Shown in pieces: positions 1 to 8,373 of a stretch of DNA of 64,000 nucleotides. A program made the position numbers and the translations under genes. Source of the stretch: a virus. The number at the start of each line of letters is the position of its first letter. The stretch's first letter is position 1. The notes under the pieces are model-generated. The model was not told where the DNA came from. It made no database searches and saw nothing but the letters and a program-made list of their open reading frames with translations. Location of the stretch: IMG/VR virus record IMGVR_UViG_3300049434_000014, positions 89,456 through 153,455 of that record; one strand, written 5' to 3'.

Positions 1-1
1 C

Positions 2-409
2 ACCAATGAGGCTCTGAGGTTCGGTTGGTTTGCCTTGTCTAACGATCCTGCGTCGCGTGCGCAGTGGGAGAAAGACGTTGTCACCAAGGTTCCTGATCTG
101 GTGACGGCTCAGATGGGTGCTCCGTACCTGCATATTGACAACATTCTGTTGCAGAAGCCCGTACCTGGCCCTGGTTTGCTGGCTGGTCTTGCTTCGAAGC
201 AGGAAGCTCAGTTGCGTTCGGATGCTGTCGATATTGACAAGGCTGCAGCTTTGAACTTCCCTGGTGGCATCAACGCGTACGCGGATTACCAGCAGAAGTT
301 GGGTGTGCTTGCTCTGCAGCGTTCGATCGCTCGCGCTATTGATGATGGCAAGGTGAAGGCTGTTCCGGTCCCTGCGGGTTCGCCCGTGATTGTCAGCCCA
401 GGCGGGTAG
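2..409 (+). CDS. 5'-truncated protein, possibly SPFH/band-7-like C-terminus
   Basis: Frame open from base 2 to stop at 409; helical C-terminus ending VPVPAGSPVIV resembles actinobacterial SPFH proteins (recall only). Confidence 0.4.
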   Translation, partial: TNEALRFGWFALSNDPASRAQWEKDVVTKVPDLVTAQMGAPYLHIDNILLQKPVPGPGLLAGLASKQEAQLRSDAVDIDKAAALNFPGGINAYADYQQKLGVLALQRSIARAIDDGKVKAVPVPAGSPVIVSPGG

Positions 410-416
410 GTGTCTG

Positions 417-752
417 ATGGCTAAGGGTGAGATCTTCGTTTTCACTGCGCTTGTTCTTATGCTCGCATTGGGAATGCTGGTCTACAAGTTGTGGCAATAC
501 TTCAGTAAGATGGCGTGGGAGAGGGCGCGACGTACTGCTCCGTGGTTTTCACGATCTTCTATCAATCCTGATGGATCTGTGACGGTGTTGGTTCGTCGTG
601 AGGCGTGGGTGGGCTGGTCGGTTGAGATGGTCGGCGAGCCTGTCGAGGTCGCAACGATCAAGGTGGCGGATCTGGATCTGGGCTTGCTTCAGGAAGCTGA
701 GGGTCGTGCCGAGATCGTGGCTAATACCTACAACCGCACCAGTTTGCCCTAG
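417..752 (+). CDS. Membrane protein, one N-terminal TM helix
   Basis: ATG 417; hydrophobic IFVFTALVLMLALGMLVY. Confidence 0.65.
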   Translation: MAKGEIFVFTALVLMLALGMLVYKLWQYFSKMAWERARRTAPWFSRSSINPDGSVTVLVRREAWVGWSVEMVGEPVEVATIKVADLDLGLLQEAEGRAEIVANTYNRTSLP

Positions 753-762
753 CTGACACCCT

Positions 763-806
763 GCGCAGGAAGCCTCAGTTCCTTCGGGAGCTGGGGCTTC
801 CTGCGT
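763..806 (+). terminator. Intrinsic terminator hairpin
   Basis: gcgcaggaagcctcagttcc-ttcg-ggagctggggcttcctgcgt followed by T-rich tail. Confidence 0.8.
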
Positions 807-902
807 TTCTATACTTTCTTGCCTGACCTAGTTGACCTCGTAGACCTTGCATGCTACCGTATGGGTAGTACTTGATGACGGGGATCAACCCAGGAGGTAG
901 AC

Positions 903-1856
903 ATGGCAACGTCTGTACGGACCGACGAGCACCGCGAGGGTGTGCTGGTACCCGCGAACTACAGGTTTCGCGAGGTGCTGGATCTCTACGCTGGTGGACC
1001 CAAAGATGACGTGATCGCTCTGGCCAAGCAGGCAGCGGTCCCTCCGAGGTGGCTTCAGTTCGTAGAGCGTCAGCGCGCTCGGGTGAAGCAATACCAGGCT
1101 CGCGCAGTCGGCGATCGTCCTCGGTTGTCTCAGTGCAATATCTGTGGTGCGCACATTCGTTACGCGGTTGTGTGGGCATACAATCCCGAGCCGGGTGGTC
1201 ACTTCGCTGGTTACATTACTACGGGTACTGACTGTGCCTCGTCCGTCAATGCTGCACTCGAGTCGGAGATTGCTTCTCAGGCTGGCGCTCTGCGTGAGTT
1301 CGTCGCTGGCATGCGTAAGCAGGCGCGGTCGGCTGCAGCGGCGCACACGGAGCCTGCTGTGCCTGTTGAGGCGGCGTCACGGTGGTCTGCTGTGGATCGT
1401 CGTCGTCAGGCGTGGATCGCGGAGTCTAACGATCACTATCGGGTCGCGCACTTCCTGCACGCTGTGTCTGGTAACCACGCGGATCTCGGTTGCACTGGTA
1501 AATGTTTTCACTGTGACGTGACGGCTCAGTTGGTTGAGACCGGCTCGTTGTCGGAGCGTCAGGTTGAGGCTGTGCTGCGTTCTGTGCCTTCCTGGGAGGC
1601 GCATGGTCGGCTTCCTGAGCCTGCCTTCGAGATTCCTTCAGGTGAGACCACGATTACAGGCACGCTGGCTTCAGCGCGCAATGGGCACATGCTCATTAAG
1701 TGCAAGGGCTACCGTGTGTGGACGATTCCCCCGGAGGGTCTGCGGTCGGCTCAGACGGGTTCTCAGGTTCGGTTCACTGCTTATGTGGAGCCTTCCACGA
1801 AAGATCCTAAGTTTTTGATTGCTCGCGATGTTCGGGACGGAGAGGTTGTCGGTTGA
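903..1856 (+). CDS. Hypothetical phage protein with Cys/His motifs and possible C-terminal OB fold
   Basis: SD aggagg; CNIC and GTDC motifs; beta-rich C-terminus. Confidence 0.7.
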   Translation: MATSVRTDEHREGVLVPANYRFREVLDLYAGGPKDDVIALAKQAAVPPRWLQFVERQRARVKQYQARAVGDRPRLSQCNICGAHIRYAVVWAYNPEPGGHFAGYITTGTDCASSVNAALESEIASQAGALREFVAGMRKQARSAAAAHTEPAVPVEAASRWSAVDRRRQAWIAESNDHYRVAHFLHAVSGNHADLGCTGKCFHCDVTAQLVETGSLSERQVEAVLRSVPSWEAHGRLPEPAFEIPSGETTITGTLASARNGHMLIKCKGYRVWTIPPEGLRSAQTGSQVRFTAYVEPSTKDPKFLIARDVRDGEVVG

Positions 1857-2005
1857 AATGGCTAGGGGTAGACGTCCCGTTCCGGAGGGCTTCGTTCGGA
1901 TACTAGATCGTCGTAGCTCCGGTGCGGCGGGTGCGCACAAGGGTAGGACTGTGACGAGAAGTGCTGAGAGAAGCTCAGCTATTCGATCGAGCAGGGAGAA
2001 TTAAT

Positions 2006-2338
2006 ATGTGTAAGTCGATTACTGTCGGCGAGCTTTTTGCGACCGATAATCGGACTTTGACGGAGAAGATGGACGATCATTCGAAGCAAGATAATTTCGA
2101 GAGTGCTTTGACTGGTGTTCAGTATCAGCTTCGTCAGGCTCGGATCGCTATGCTGGCTGCGGGAATGAAGATGCAGGATACTGATCGCCCGGAGATTGAG
2201 GTTGACGATTTCAGGTTGTACGACACTGCGGTGGAGGCAATTCAGAATCTTCAGGCTCGTATTCGTGACATTCTTGATGATTTGGATCCTAACGCTCCCA
2301 TCCCGTCTGAGCGGCAGCTCCGCACGGATCAGGTCTAG
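2006..2338 (+). CDS. Hypothetical protein
   Basis: gggag SD before ATG 2006. Confidence 0.6.
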   Translation: MCKSITVGELFATDNRTLTEKMDDHSKQDNFESALTGVQYQLRQARIAMLAAGMKMQDTDRPEIEVDDFRLYDTAVEAIQNLQARIRDILDDLDPNAPIPSERQLRTDQV

Positions 2339-2368
2339 TCTTCCTACGTCGTGTTCAGAGAGGTAGTT

Positions 2369-2653
2369 ATGCATCCGAATTCAGCATTTGCTTGGGATGA
2401 TACTTCTCATCCTGCTCTTGCAGCCAAGGCGCGCGAGGCTCAGTTGGAGAAATTAGATACTCTGATGTATGTGCAGAAGAAGCTGATTGAGTCTCAGCGG
2501 GCACTGCTTGATGCTTTGTCGTCTCTGGTTGATACCAAGGTTGAGTTGTCTGCTGCTAGGAAGAAAGCGGCCAGTGAGACTCAGGGTTTCTTGACGGATT
2601 TGCAGCTGGCAACGCTGGAAGCATTCGCTTTGATTCAGCAGGGATCGGTTTAG
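2369..2653 (+). CDS. Hypothetical coiled-coil protein
   Basis: gagagg SD before ATG 2369. Confidence 0.6.
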   Translation: MHPNSAFAWDDTSHPALAAKAREAQLEKLDTLMYVQKKLIESQRALLDALSSLVDTKVELSAARKKAASETQGFLTDLQLATLEAFALIQQGSV

Positions 2654-2742
2654 CGGGTACGACCAGTCGTCTTCGGACAGGGCATAGTAGAGCCTGAACA
2701 GACAGAATAAACTAGATATGGGGAGCACCGAAGAGTGGTTGT

Positions 2743-3217
2743 GACTGGTCATGTCCACTCTCGGTGACTCGCTACGTTACACTGCAGATCGACTACTCAA
2801 TTCTGTTCAGGCCCGTTCGATTCATTTGACAACCCGGCACAGGCCCTCTCGCATCCATGCGACAATGCGAGTCTTGTCTCCCCCTGGCCCATGCCGACTG
2901 TCCGTCTCGCCTCCGTATCCCATCCTTTCCGTTCTGTGCCGACGAGCCAGCTCGATCCGGGTCTCTCCCACCCACCGACTAGTCTCTGCGGATCCTCCCG
3001 GGTCAGGTGACTCTGCCGATCTAGTCCCAGCGCATCATCTCGTGTCCGACTATCCGTATCCGTGCTTGTCGTTTCCAATCGACCAGTCAGTCCCGGTCAG
3101 TTCGTGCCTTGTTCCGACAGATCGCTGCTGTTCGTTTCCCGTCAGTGCGACGGACCGAGACTGTTCGCCTCCAATCAGTTCGACTACTCGACACAAGTCA
3201 CCCCAAGGCCGACGAAC
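2743..3217 (+). repeat. Pentamer-phased GAC-(NNNYC)n array 1 (~13 units), candidate ncRNA/guide array
   Basis: e.g. gac agatc gctgc tgttc gtttc ccgtc agtgc | gac ggacc gagac tgttc gcctc caatc agttc | gac tactc gacac aagtc. Confidence 0.9.
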
Positions 3218-3231
3218 CGTTAGGACTAGTT

Positions 3232-3453
3232 ATGGCACTGAGTGAGTCGGTGAAGAACCGTCTGCTGAACTGGAAGTTCGAGCAGGCGTGGCAGACCTTG
3301 TCTGAGGAGATGGGCGGGGATGCTTCGGAGGCTGAGGTTCAGACGGTGCGGGCGTTGGCGATCACGTTCGGGGATCCGGGTTGGTTTGAGGGTTCGATGG
3401 CAGACATCATCCGGGCTGTGTTGTGGTTTTTAGGAGTGACTGACGATGATTAG
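3232..3453 (+). CDS. Hypothetical protein
   Basis: ATG 3232 right after array 1; coupled to next gene. Confidence 0.6.
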   Translation: MALSESVKNRLLNWKFEQAWQTLSEEMGGDASEAEVQTVRALAITFGDPGWFEGSMADIIRAVLWFLGVTDDD

Positions 3454-3670
3454 TTTTCGACAGATCGATGAGTTTCTTACTCCTAAGGATCCGTTTTTCA
3501 AGCTTTTGATACCTGCTCTGCTTGCGGCTTATGTGTTTATGTTAACTGTGGGTGCTGTTGTCGCTATCACTTTCTTTACTATCGGGATGGCTATCGTTAT
3601 CACGTCTGCTGTGATGGGTAGCTTGTCGTTGGTGATTTTCTACGTGATCGATAAGGTAGTCACCAAATGA
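3446..3670 (+). CDS. Small membrane protein
   Basis: Two hydrophobic stretches; overlaps neighbours. Confidence 0.6.
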   Translation: MISFRQIDEFLTPKDPFFKLLIPALLAAYVFMLTVGAVVAITFFTIGMAIVITSAVMGSLSLVIFYVIDKVVTK

Positions 3671-4080
3671 CTAGGGTGTGGCGTGCTCATGGATTGCCTC
3701 ACGGGCATGCGGATATTCCTAGGAAGATACGAACAGCTGATCATCGATTGTTTGAGCATTTTGATGGTAGTTTGTTTCGTGAGCTTTCTACGTCTCAGTG
3801 TAATTATAGGCACTGGGATGAGTTGGTGTTTCCTGTTTTTGAGGTCTCGGATGTTTCTCCAGAGGCGGTGTCTGCTTCTGCGGATGGTGTGCTCACGGGT
3901 GTGTGGATGTCTGGTCAGTTCTCGGACATCGACATGATTAACGACATCGCTGATTGGTTGTTGAAGACTAAGCTTCCTGTGTTGAACGTCAGTTTTGCTG
4001 CAGCGGTGGCGGATCGTATTCGTTACCTGCTAGAAAATGATGAGGAGACTCACCTGCTGCTAGGGAGAGAAGAGCTGTGA
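3667..4080 (+). CDS. Hypothetical protein
   Basis: ATGA coupling with upstream gene. Confidence 0.6.
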   Translation: MTRVWRAHGLPHGHADIPRKIRTADHRLFEHFDGSLFRELSTSQCNYRHWDELVFPVFEVSDVSPEAVSASADGVLTGVWMSGQFSDIDMINDIADWLLKTKLPVLNVSFAAAVADRIRYLLENDEETHLLLGREEL

Positions 4081-4382
4081 GTGATCACAAGATCGTGGAG
4101 TTTCTGAATTTGTGCGTGTCGGCTGATGAGGCAACCGGGTTAGGTTCGCCGTGGGAGTTTATCTTCAAGCGACGCATCATTGTCATTCATGCCCCACGTA
4201 AAGACGATAATGAGCAGTGGGTGTGTGATGCGTGTTCGTGGATGCATCCTGAGATACGTCAGATTGTTAATGCGTACGCACCTTGCGAGCATTTGCAGTA
4301 TATGTCTATGATCTATTCTAAGCGGGCTGGGTTTGATCCGGATTGGATTCATGACGTGATCGGGTTCGCTGAGCTTCCCTAA
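4077..4382 (+). CDS. DUF6221-like hypothetical protein
   Basis: IVEFL..KRRII..PCEHL..YSKRAGFDPDW pattern recalls this actinobacterial family. Confidence 0.5.
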   Translation: MSDHKIVEFLNLCVSADEATGLGSPWEFIFKRRIIVIHAPRKDDNEQWVCDACSWMHPEIRQIVNAYAPCEHLQYMSMIYSKRAGFDPDWIHDVIGFAELP

Positions 4383-4403
4383 TACTCCGGGTTTTCCGGA
4401 TAT

Positions 4404-4906
4404 GACTACACTACTCCGATCCTTTCATGTCGTTGGCGAATCGTTCCCGTCCCGACTATTCGCCGCATGTCCCTTCGTGTCTTGCCAAGTCGACTATTCG
4501 TTTCGATCCCGGCCATTTCGTTTTGACTATTCGCATCGGATCCAGCTCCTATCGATTCGACTGATCTTGTCGACTACGCAAGTCAGTTCCGTTCTTTGCA
4601 TTGCGACTTGTCGAGCCTGTCCGTGTCCGCGCGTATCGACTACCCGATCCAGTTCCGTCCTTTCCCGCTCTTTCCGACTACGCTCGTCTCATCCGGGCAT
4701 GTCATCTCGACTACTCGATTCTTTCTCGTCGCTGCGGCTCTGTTCGACTACCCGGTTCGATACGGGACATCCCTGTCCGTTCTGACTACCCGTCTCCGTT
4801 CGCTTCTAGCCCAGTCCGTCTCGACAACCCATGTCGCGGCACTGCTCTTCTTTCCGTGACGACAGGCCAGTTCCAGTCTGTTCGTCTCTGTACGACATCA
4901 CACATC
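4404..4906 (+). repeat. Pentamer-phased GAC-(NNNYC)n array 2 (~14 units)
   Basis: gac tattc gccgc atgtc ccttc gtgtc ttgcc aagtc | gac tattc gtttc gatcc cggcc atttc gtttt | ... | gac aggcc agttc cagtc tgttc gtctc tgtac. Confidence 0.9.
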
Positions 4907-4920
4907 GGGTAGGAGTTGGG

Positions 4921-5124
4921 ATGTATACGTTTTCTGAGGGTGTGTTGATTACGGATGACATGATTGAGCGTGACGATTCGATCGAGCCTCGCGCGGGTCA
5001 GCCTTGCTGGTGTCCTGATTCGTTTATCGAGGCGTGTTTTTACGTGCGGTATTGCCCGCGCCACGGGTCGGTTCCTGATCAGGATCTCTGGAATTTCAGG
5101 GTTGCTCCATACGGGATCTCATAG
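4921..5124 (+). CDS. Small hypothetical protein
   Basis: aggag SD, ATG 4921; CWC and CPRH motifs. Confidence 0.5.
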   Translation: MYTFSEGVLITDDMIERDDSIEPRAGQPCWCPDSFIEACFYVRYCPRHGSVPDQDLWNFRVAPYGIS

Positions 5125-5358
5125 GTCTGCAGGGTTGCATGGTCTACGAGGTCATGGTATGGTTGTTCCAACAGCAAGGGAGCCAGCCATGGAGGTCAGT
5201 GACAAGATTGAGGATTACCAGTTCGAGGCGCGTGTCCAGATCCGTTGCGGGTGTGGTCGTTACGTCTCCATCGGTCCTAATGCGGTGACCGGAGATTGCT
5301 GGGGTTGTGGTCGGGTCTATCGGACGTCAGTCGAGGTGCTAGCGGGTAGGACTGGGAC

Positions 5359-5658
5359 ATGACGACAACTCGAAACACTATCACCATTAATATAGTCAAT
5401 GATGGGTCAGGTGTTACTGCTTCTGGCACTCTTGTCACGAGCCGAGTGATTGATCTCGAGGATCTTGATGAGCGTTACTGTTTGGTGTATCTCAAGATTG
5501 AAGATCCTACTGATGATCACACTCTCTCTCTTACGGTTGTAGATATGTTGGAGACGTCCGTTCCGGTTGATTTTGCTGCTATTGAGGAGTCGGTTTACAC
5601 GGCAGCGCGTGAGACTCGTAAGGCTGCGCGCGAGGCTCTTGCAGCGCAAAATCAGTAA
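5359..5658 (+). CDS. Hypothetical protein
   Basis: GGGTAGGAC motif 6 nt before ATG. Confidence 0.6.
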   Translation: MTTTRNTITINIVNDGSGVTASGTLVTSRVIDLEDLDERYCLVYLKIEDPTDDHTLSLTVVDMLETSVPVDFAAIEESVYTAARETRKAAREALAAQNQ

Positions 5659-5718
5659 CGGTTCTGACGATCGGTAGTGTATCTTCTGTAAGGGTTGTCT
5701 GCGGGGTAGGACTCGATC

Positions 5719-5946
5719 ATGTCGAGTCGTAACTACAGTGTCGCGATTCGGATTGCTTGTGTGTGCAAGCGTGGGTTCTATGTTAAGAGAGTGGATCGAC
5801 CAGCGGTGTGTCCGCATTGTGGACATCGGTTCGCTGTGAAGATCAAGTGTGTGGAGATCGGGCCAGCTGAGGAGCCTGTCTCAGACAAACGCAAGGCGGG
5901 TAGGATTCCGGTGGGTGGTGGAGTCTTGCACGGGGCTAAGACTTAA
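5719..5946 (+). CDS. Small zinc-ribbon protein
   Basis: CVC and CPHC motifs; GGGTAGGAC 6 nt before ATG. Confidence 0.55.
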   Translation: MSSRNYSVAIRIACVCKRGFYVKRVDRPAVCPHCGHRFAVKIKCVEIGPAEEPVSDKRKAGRIPVGGGVLHGAKT

Positions 5947-6009
5947 ATGACAATGCATTAACTTGCAGCGTCCACCACCCGTTTGACAACTTAACAGAGA
6001 TCCCATGAT

Positions 6010-6080
6010 GGCTTCATAGACTAATGGCAGGTCACTAGCCTCTCAAGCTAGGAGTACGGGTTCGACCCCCGTTGGAGCTA
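6010..6080 (+). tRNA. tRNA-Glu(CTC)
   Basis: Acceptor ggcttca/tggagct; anticodon arm ctagc-ctCTCaa-gctag; T arm ggttcga. Confidence 0.85.
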
Positions 6081-6092
6081 CGTTTGTATTAA

Positions 6093-6162
6093 CGTTCCGT
6101 GGTGTAGGGATAGCACGCCGGTCACGGGACCGGTAGTCCACGTTTAACTCGTGGCGGAACGA
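6093..6162 (+). tRNA. Aberrant tRNA-like element (6-nt anticodon loop)
   Basis: Acceptor cgttccg/cggaacg; arm ccggt-cacggg-accgg; T loop tttaact. Confidence 0.5.
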
Positions 6163-6209
6163 CGCACGGCCTAGGATCGCCTCTGCTTCGGGCATGCGCC
6201 TAGGTCTCT

Positions 6210-6283
6210 CGGGATGTAGGGAAGCCAGGTATCCCACCTGTTTTGGGTACAGGAAGCCGCAGGTTCGAATCCTGCCGTCCCGA
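6210..6283 (+). tRNA. tRNA-Pro(TGG)
   Basis: cgggatg/cgtcccg; cctgt-ttTGGgt-acagg; ggttcgaatcc. Confidence 0.9.
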
Positions 6284-6285
6284 CT

Positions 6286-6360
6286 GGATGGATGTAGCTC
6301 AATGATAGAGCCCTTGGATTAACGTCTAAGGAGACGTGGGTTTGATTCCCGCCACCATCC
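6286..6360 (+). tRNA. Aberrant tRNA-like element (anticodon unclear, TAA or AAC)
   Basis: tagctcaatgatagagc D arm; bulged acceptor; cttgga-ttaacg-tctaag arm; gtttgatt T loop. Confidence 0.55.
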
Positions 6361-6365
6361 TTCAT

Positions 6366-6439
6366 GGTGAATGTAGCTCAAATGGCAGAGCGCCTGATTG
6401 TGGGTCAGGTCGTTGCGGGTTCGATTCCCGTCGTTCACC
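6366..6439 (+). tRNA. tRNA-His(GTG)
   Basis: G-1 and C73 present; cctga-ttGTGgg-tcagg. Confidence 0.9.
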
Positions 6440-6523
6440 CCGAGAGGGACGGAGTCCAAAGCACATATGGTACCTGTTGCTAGGACTTAAACGACAATGT
6501 TATGTGTGTCCGTCCTTCTCCTA

Positions 6524-6595
6524 TCCTCGTTAGCTCAAAGGCAGAGCGTGCGATTGTTAATCGCAGGGTTGTTGGTTCAAGTCCAGCACGGGGAG
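6524..6595 (+). tRNA. tRNA-Asn(GTT)
   Basis: tcctcgt/acgggga; tgcga-ttGTTaa-tcgca. Confidence 0.9.
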
Positions 6596-7043
6596 CGTTT
6601 GTTTATGGGTGTGACAGGATTGTGACAGTGGAGCCCGCTGAGCGGCACTGTTGAGGGTTCGAGTCCCTCCACTTCCACGAGATGGGCAGTCGTTGTCGCT
6701 TGCTTCTTTAGCTACGGTAATCACCCCGATGGAGCGAGTGACCCTTCACGCGAGGTCGGTTGGAGGCTGACAACCTGACGACAATTGGTGGGCTTGTCAC
6801 TCACCTACCTATCTCTGCTCGAACCACTTTGTTGGCGGGTTCGCTACCCGTACGGAGTGCCGGTTTGATCCAGATAGGCTCTAAGCCGAGGTGTGGGTGC
6901 GACCCCGCTAGCCCTCGGTGCCCCGAGGATCCCTTGCCAGAGAGGAACCGGATACGGATCTGGTGTTCGAGTAGTCGAGATGGACAGGGTCTGTGTGAAT
7001 AACGCAGCTTCAACGACACTGTGGTGTGCCTGTCCTTCTCCAA

Positions 7044-7114
7044 GGTGGAATGACCGAGCGGCTAGGTAGCGGTCTGCAAAACCGCGCACGCGGGTTCGAT
7101 TCCCGCTTCCGCCT
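7044..7114 (+). tRNA. tRNA-Cys(GCA)
   Basis: ggtggaa/ttccgcc; gcggt-ctGCAaa-accgc; U73. Confidence 0.9.
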
Positions 7115-7132
7115 CGTTGGGTAGGATATGTC

Positions 7133-7528
7133 ATGACTGAAACACTGGTAACGGCGCTTCTGAGGAACAAGCCAGGGAAGTGGGCGCACGTCCTTCACGA
7201 GGACTCGGTAGCTCCTAACATTCCCTCCCATCATCTGATGGATCTTGCGTGTGACGTGAATCTGGGCAATGATGAGTGGGCTCCTGCGGGTGCGTTTTCG
7301 GCAGTGATTCGGGATGCTTCGGATCTGTATGTTCGATTCAATTCAGATAAACCTGATGTCACTGAAGTTGTGGTGTCGTACCGTGCGTCGTTGAAGTACG
7401 GTAATTGCTTTGATTGCGGCCTTCCGGGTGCGCAGTATCTGTTGGTCGACGTGGGTGTGATGAACTGTCCGCTGTGTGCGGCTGAGGCTGCGGTAGCGGG
7501 CGCTCAGGTGACTAGGTTGGAGCGTTAG
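7133..7528 (+). CDS. Hypothetical protein with C-terminal Zn finger
   Basis: CFDC..CPLC; GGGTAGGAT 5 nt before ATG. Confidence 0.6.
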   Translation: MTETLVTALLRNKPGKWAHVLHEDSVAPNIPSHHLMDLACDVNLGNDEWAPAGAFSAVIRDASDLYVRFNSDKPDVTEVVVSYRASLKYGNCFDCGLPGAQYLLVDVGVMNCPLCAAEAAVAGAQVTRLER

Positions 7529-7537
7529 TTTGTTCGT

Positions 7538-7610
7538 GGGTCGTTAGTTTAACTGGTAAAACAGGAGCCTCCAAAACTCCACGATGTGGGTTCGATTCCT
7601 GCACGGCCCG
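7538..7610 (+). tRNA. tRNA-Trp(CCA)
   Basis: gggtcgt/acggccc; ggagc-ctCCAaa-actcc. Confidence 0.85.
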
Positions 7611-7775
7611 CTTATGAATGGGTAGGATGTGACATGTGGCAACGTGAGGATATGGCGAGGTTCCTTATTTGGCTTGACGATCAGGGTTTGCTTAATCCTC
7701 CCGTTGAGATCGAGATTGATGAGATCCTCGATTTTTATGAGGATTATACAGGCGTTTTTACCTCAAGGAGTAGAG

Positions 7776-8069
7776 ATGGCTGAGTCTCAGATTTTCGAAG
7801 AGCACACTGTTCGATACCCCGAGTGCGATAAGCTGCACCGTGTATCTGGCGATGTCTCGACGCTGCATGAGTTTCTGGAGTGGCTGGCTGAGAATGGCCT
7901 GCAGGTGTGCAGCCTTGAGGAGACTGGGAAGTTTGACTGTGATGGTCCGGTCGAGCATTACTTCCCAATCCGCGAGCAGCGAGAAGCTTTGGTGCAGCGG
8001 TTCTTTTCGATTGATCCAGCCAAGCTGGAGAGCGAGCGCAGGGCTATGCTTGCTGCACTGCAGAGTTGA
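7776..8069 (+). CDS. Hypothetical protein
   Basis: aaggag SD, ATG 7776. Confidence 0.65.
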   Translation: MAESQIFEEHTVRYPECDKLHRVSGDVSTLHEFLEWLAENGLQVCSLEETGKFDCDGPVEHYFPIREQREALVQRFFSIDPAKLESERRAMLAALQS

Positions 8070-8079
8070 TTGAAGACAT

Positions 8080-8161
8080 TACCCCGTCGTCTATTTTGGC
8101 AGGACGCTGTGCGGTGGTCGCTCCCCGTGCGGAGGTGCACGTTCGACTCGTGCCGGGGTAG
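8080..8161 (+). tRNA. tRNA-like element with extended anticodon arm
   Basis: taccccg/cggggta acceptor, normal D and T arms, ~26-nt anticodon arm. Confidence 0.55.
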
Positions 8162-8276
8162 CTGGAGGATAGATGTTAGCTAACGTTGTTGGTACGTTAC
8201 TTGGGTTGATGCTTTTTCTGTTGGTGATCGTGTCACTTGTGATGCTAGTTCTGTCGTTTGCTCGTGATTGATCCCT

Positions 8277-8349
8277 GCACCGGTAGCTCAGGGGATAGAG
8301 TGTCTGATTACGGATCAGAATGTCGCAGGTTCGATTCCTGCCCGGTGCG
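8277..8349 (+). tRNA. tRNA-Arg(ACG)
   Basis: gcaccgg/ccggtgc; tctga-ttACGga-tcaga. Confidence 0.9.
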
Positions 8350-8373
8350 CTCCCTAAGTTGTGGAGGCAAGTC

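Noticed and set aside
6043-7234. ORFs across the tRNA cluster
   Set aside because: They overlap clear tRNAs or structured RNA; shadow ORFs.
8320-8373. Start of the 384-aa ORF at 8320
   Set aside because: Lies inside tRNA-Arg; the true start is probably downstream.
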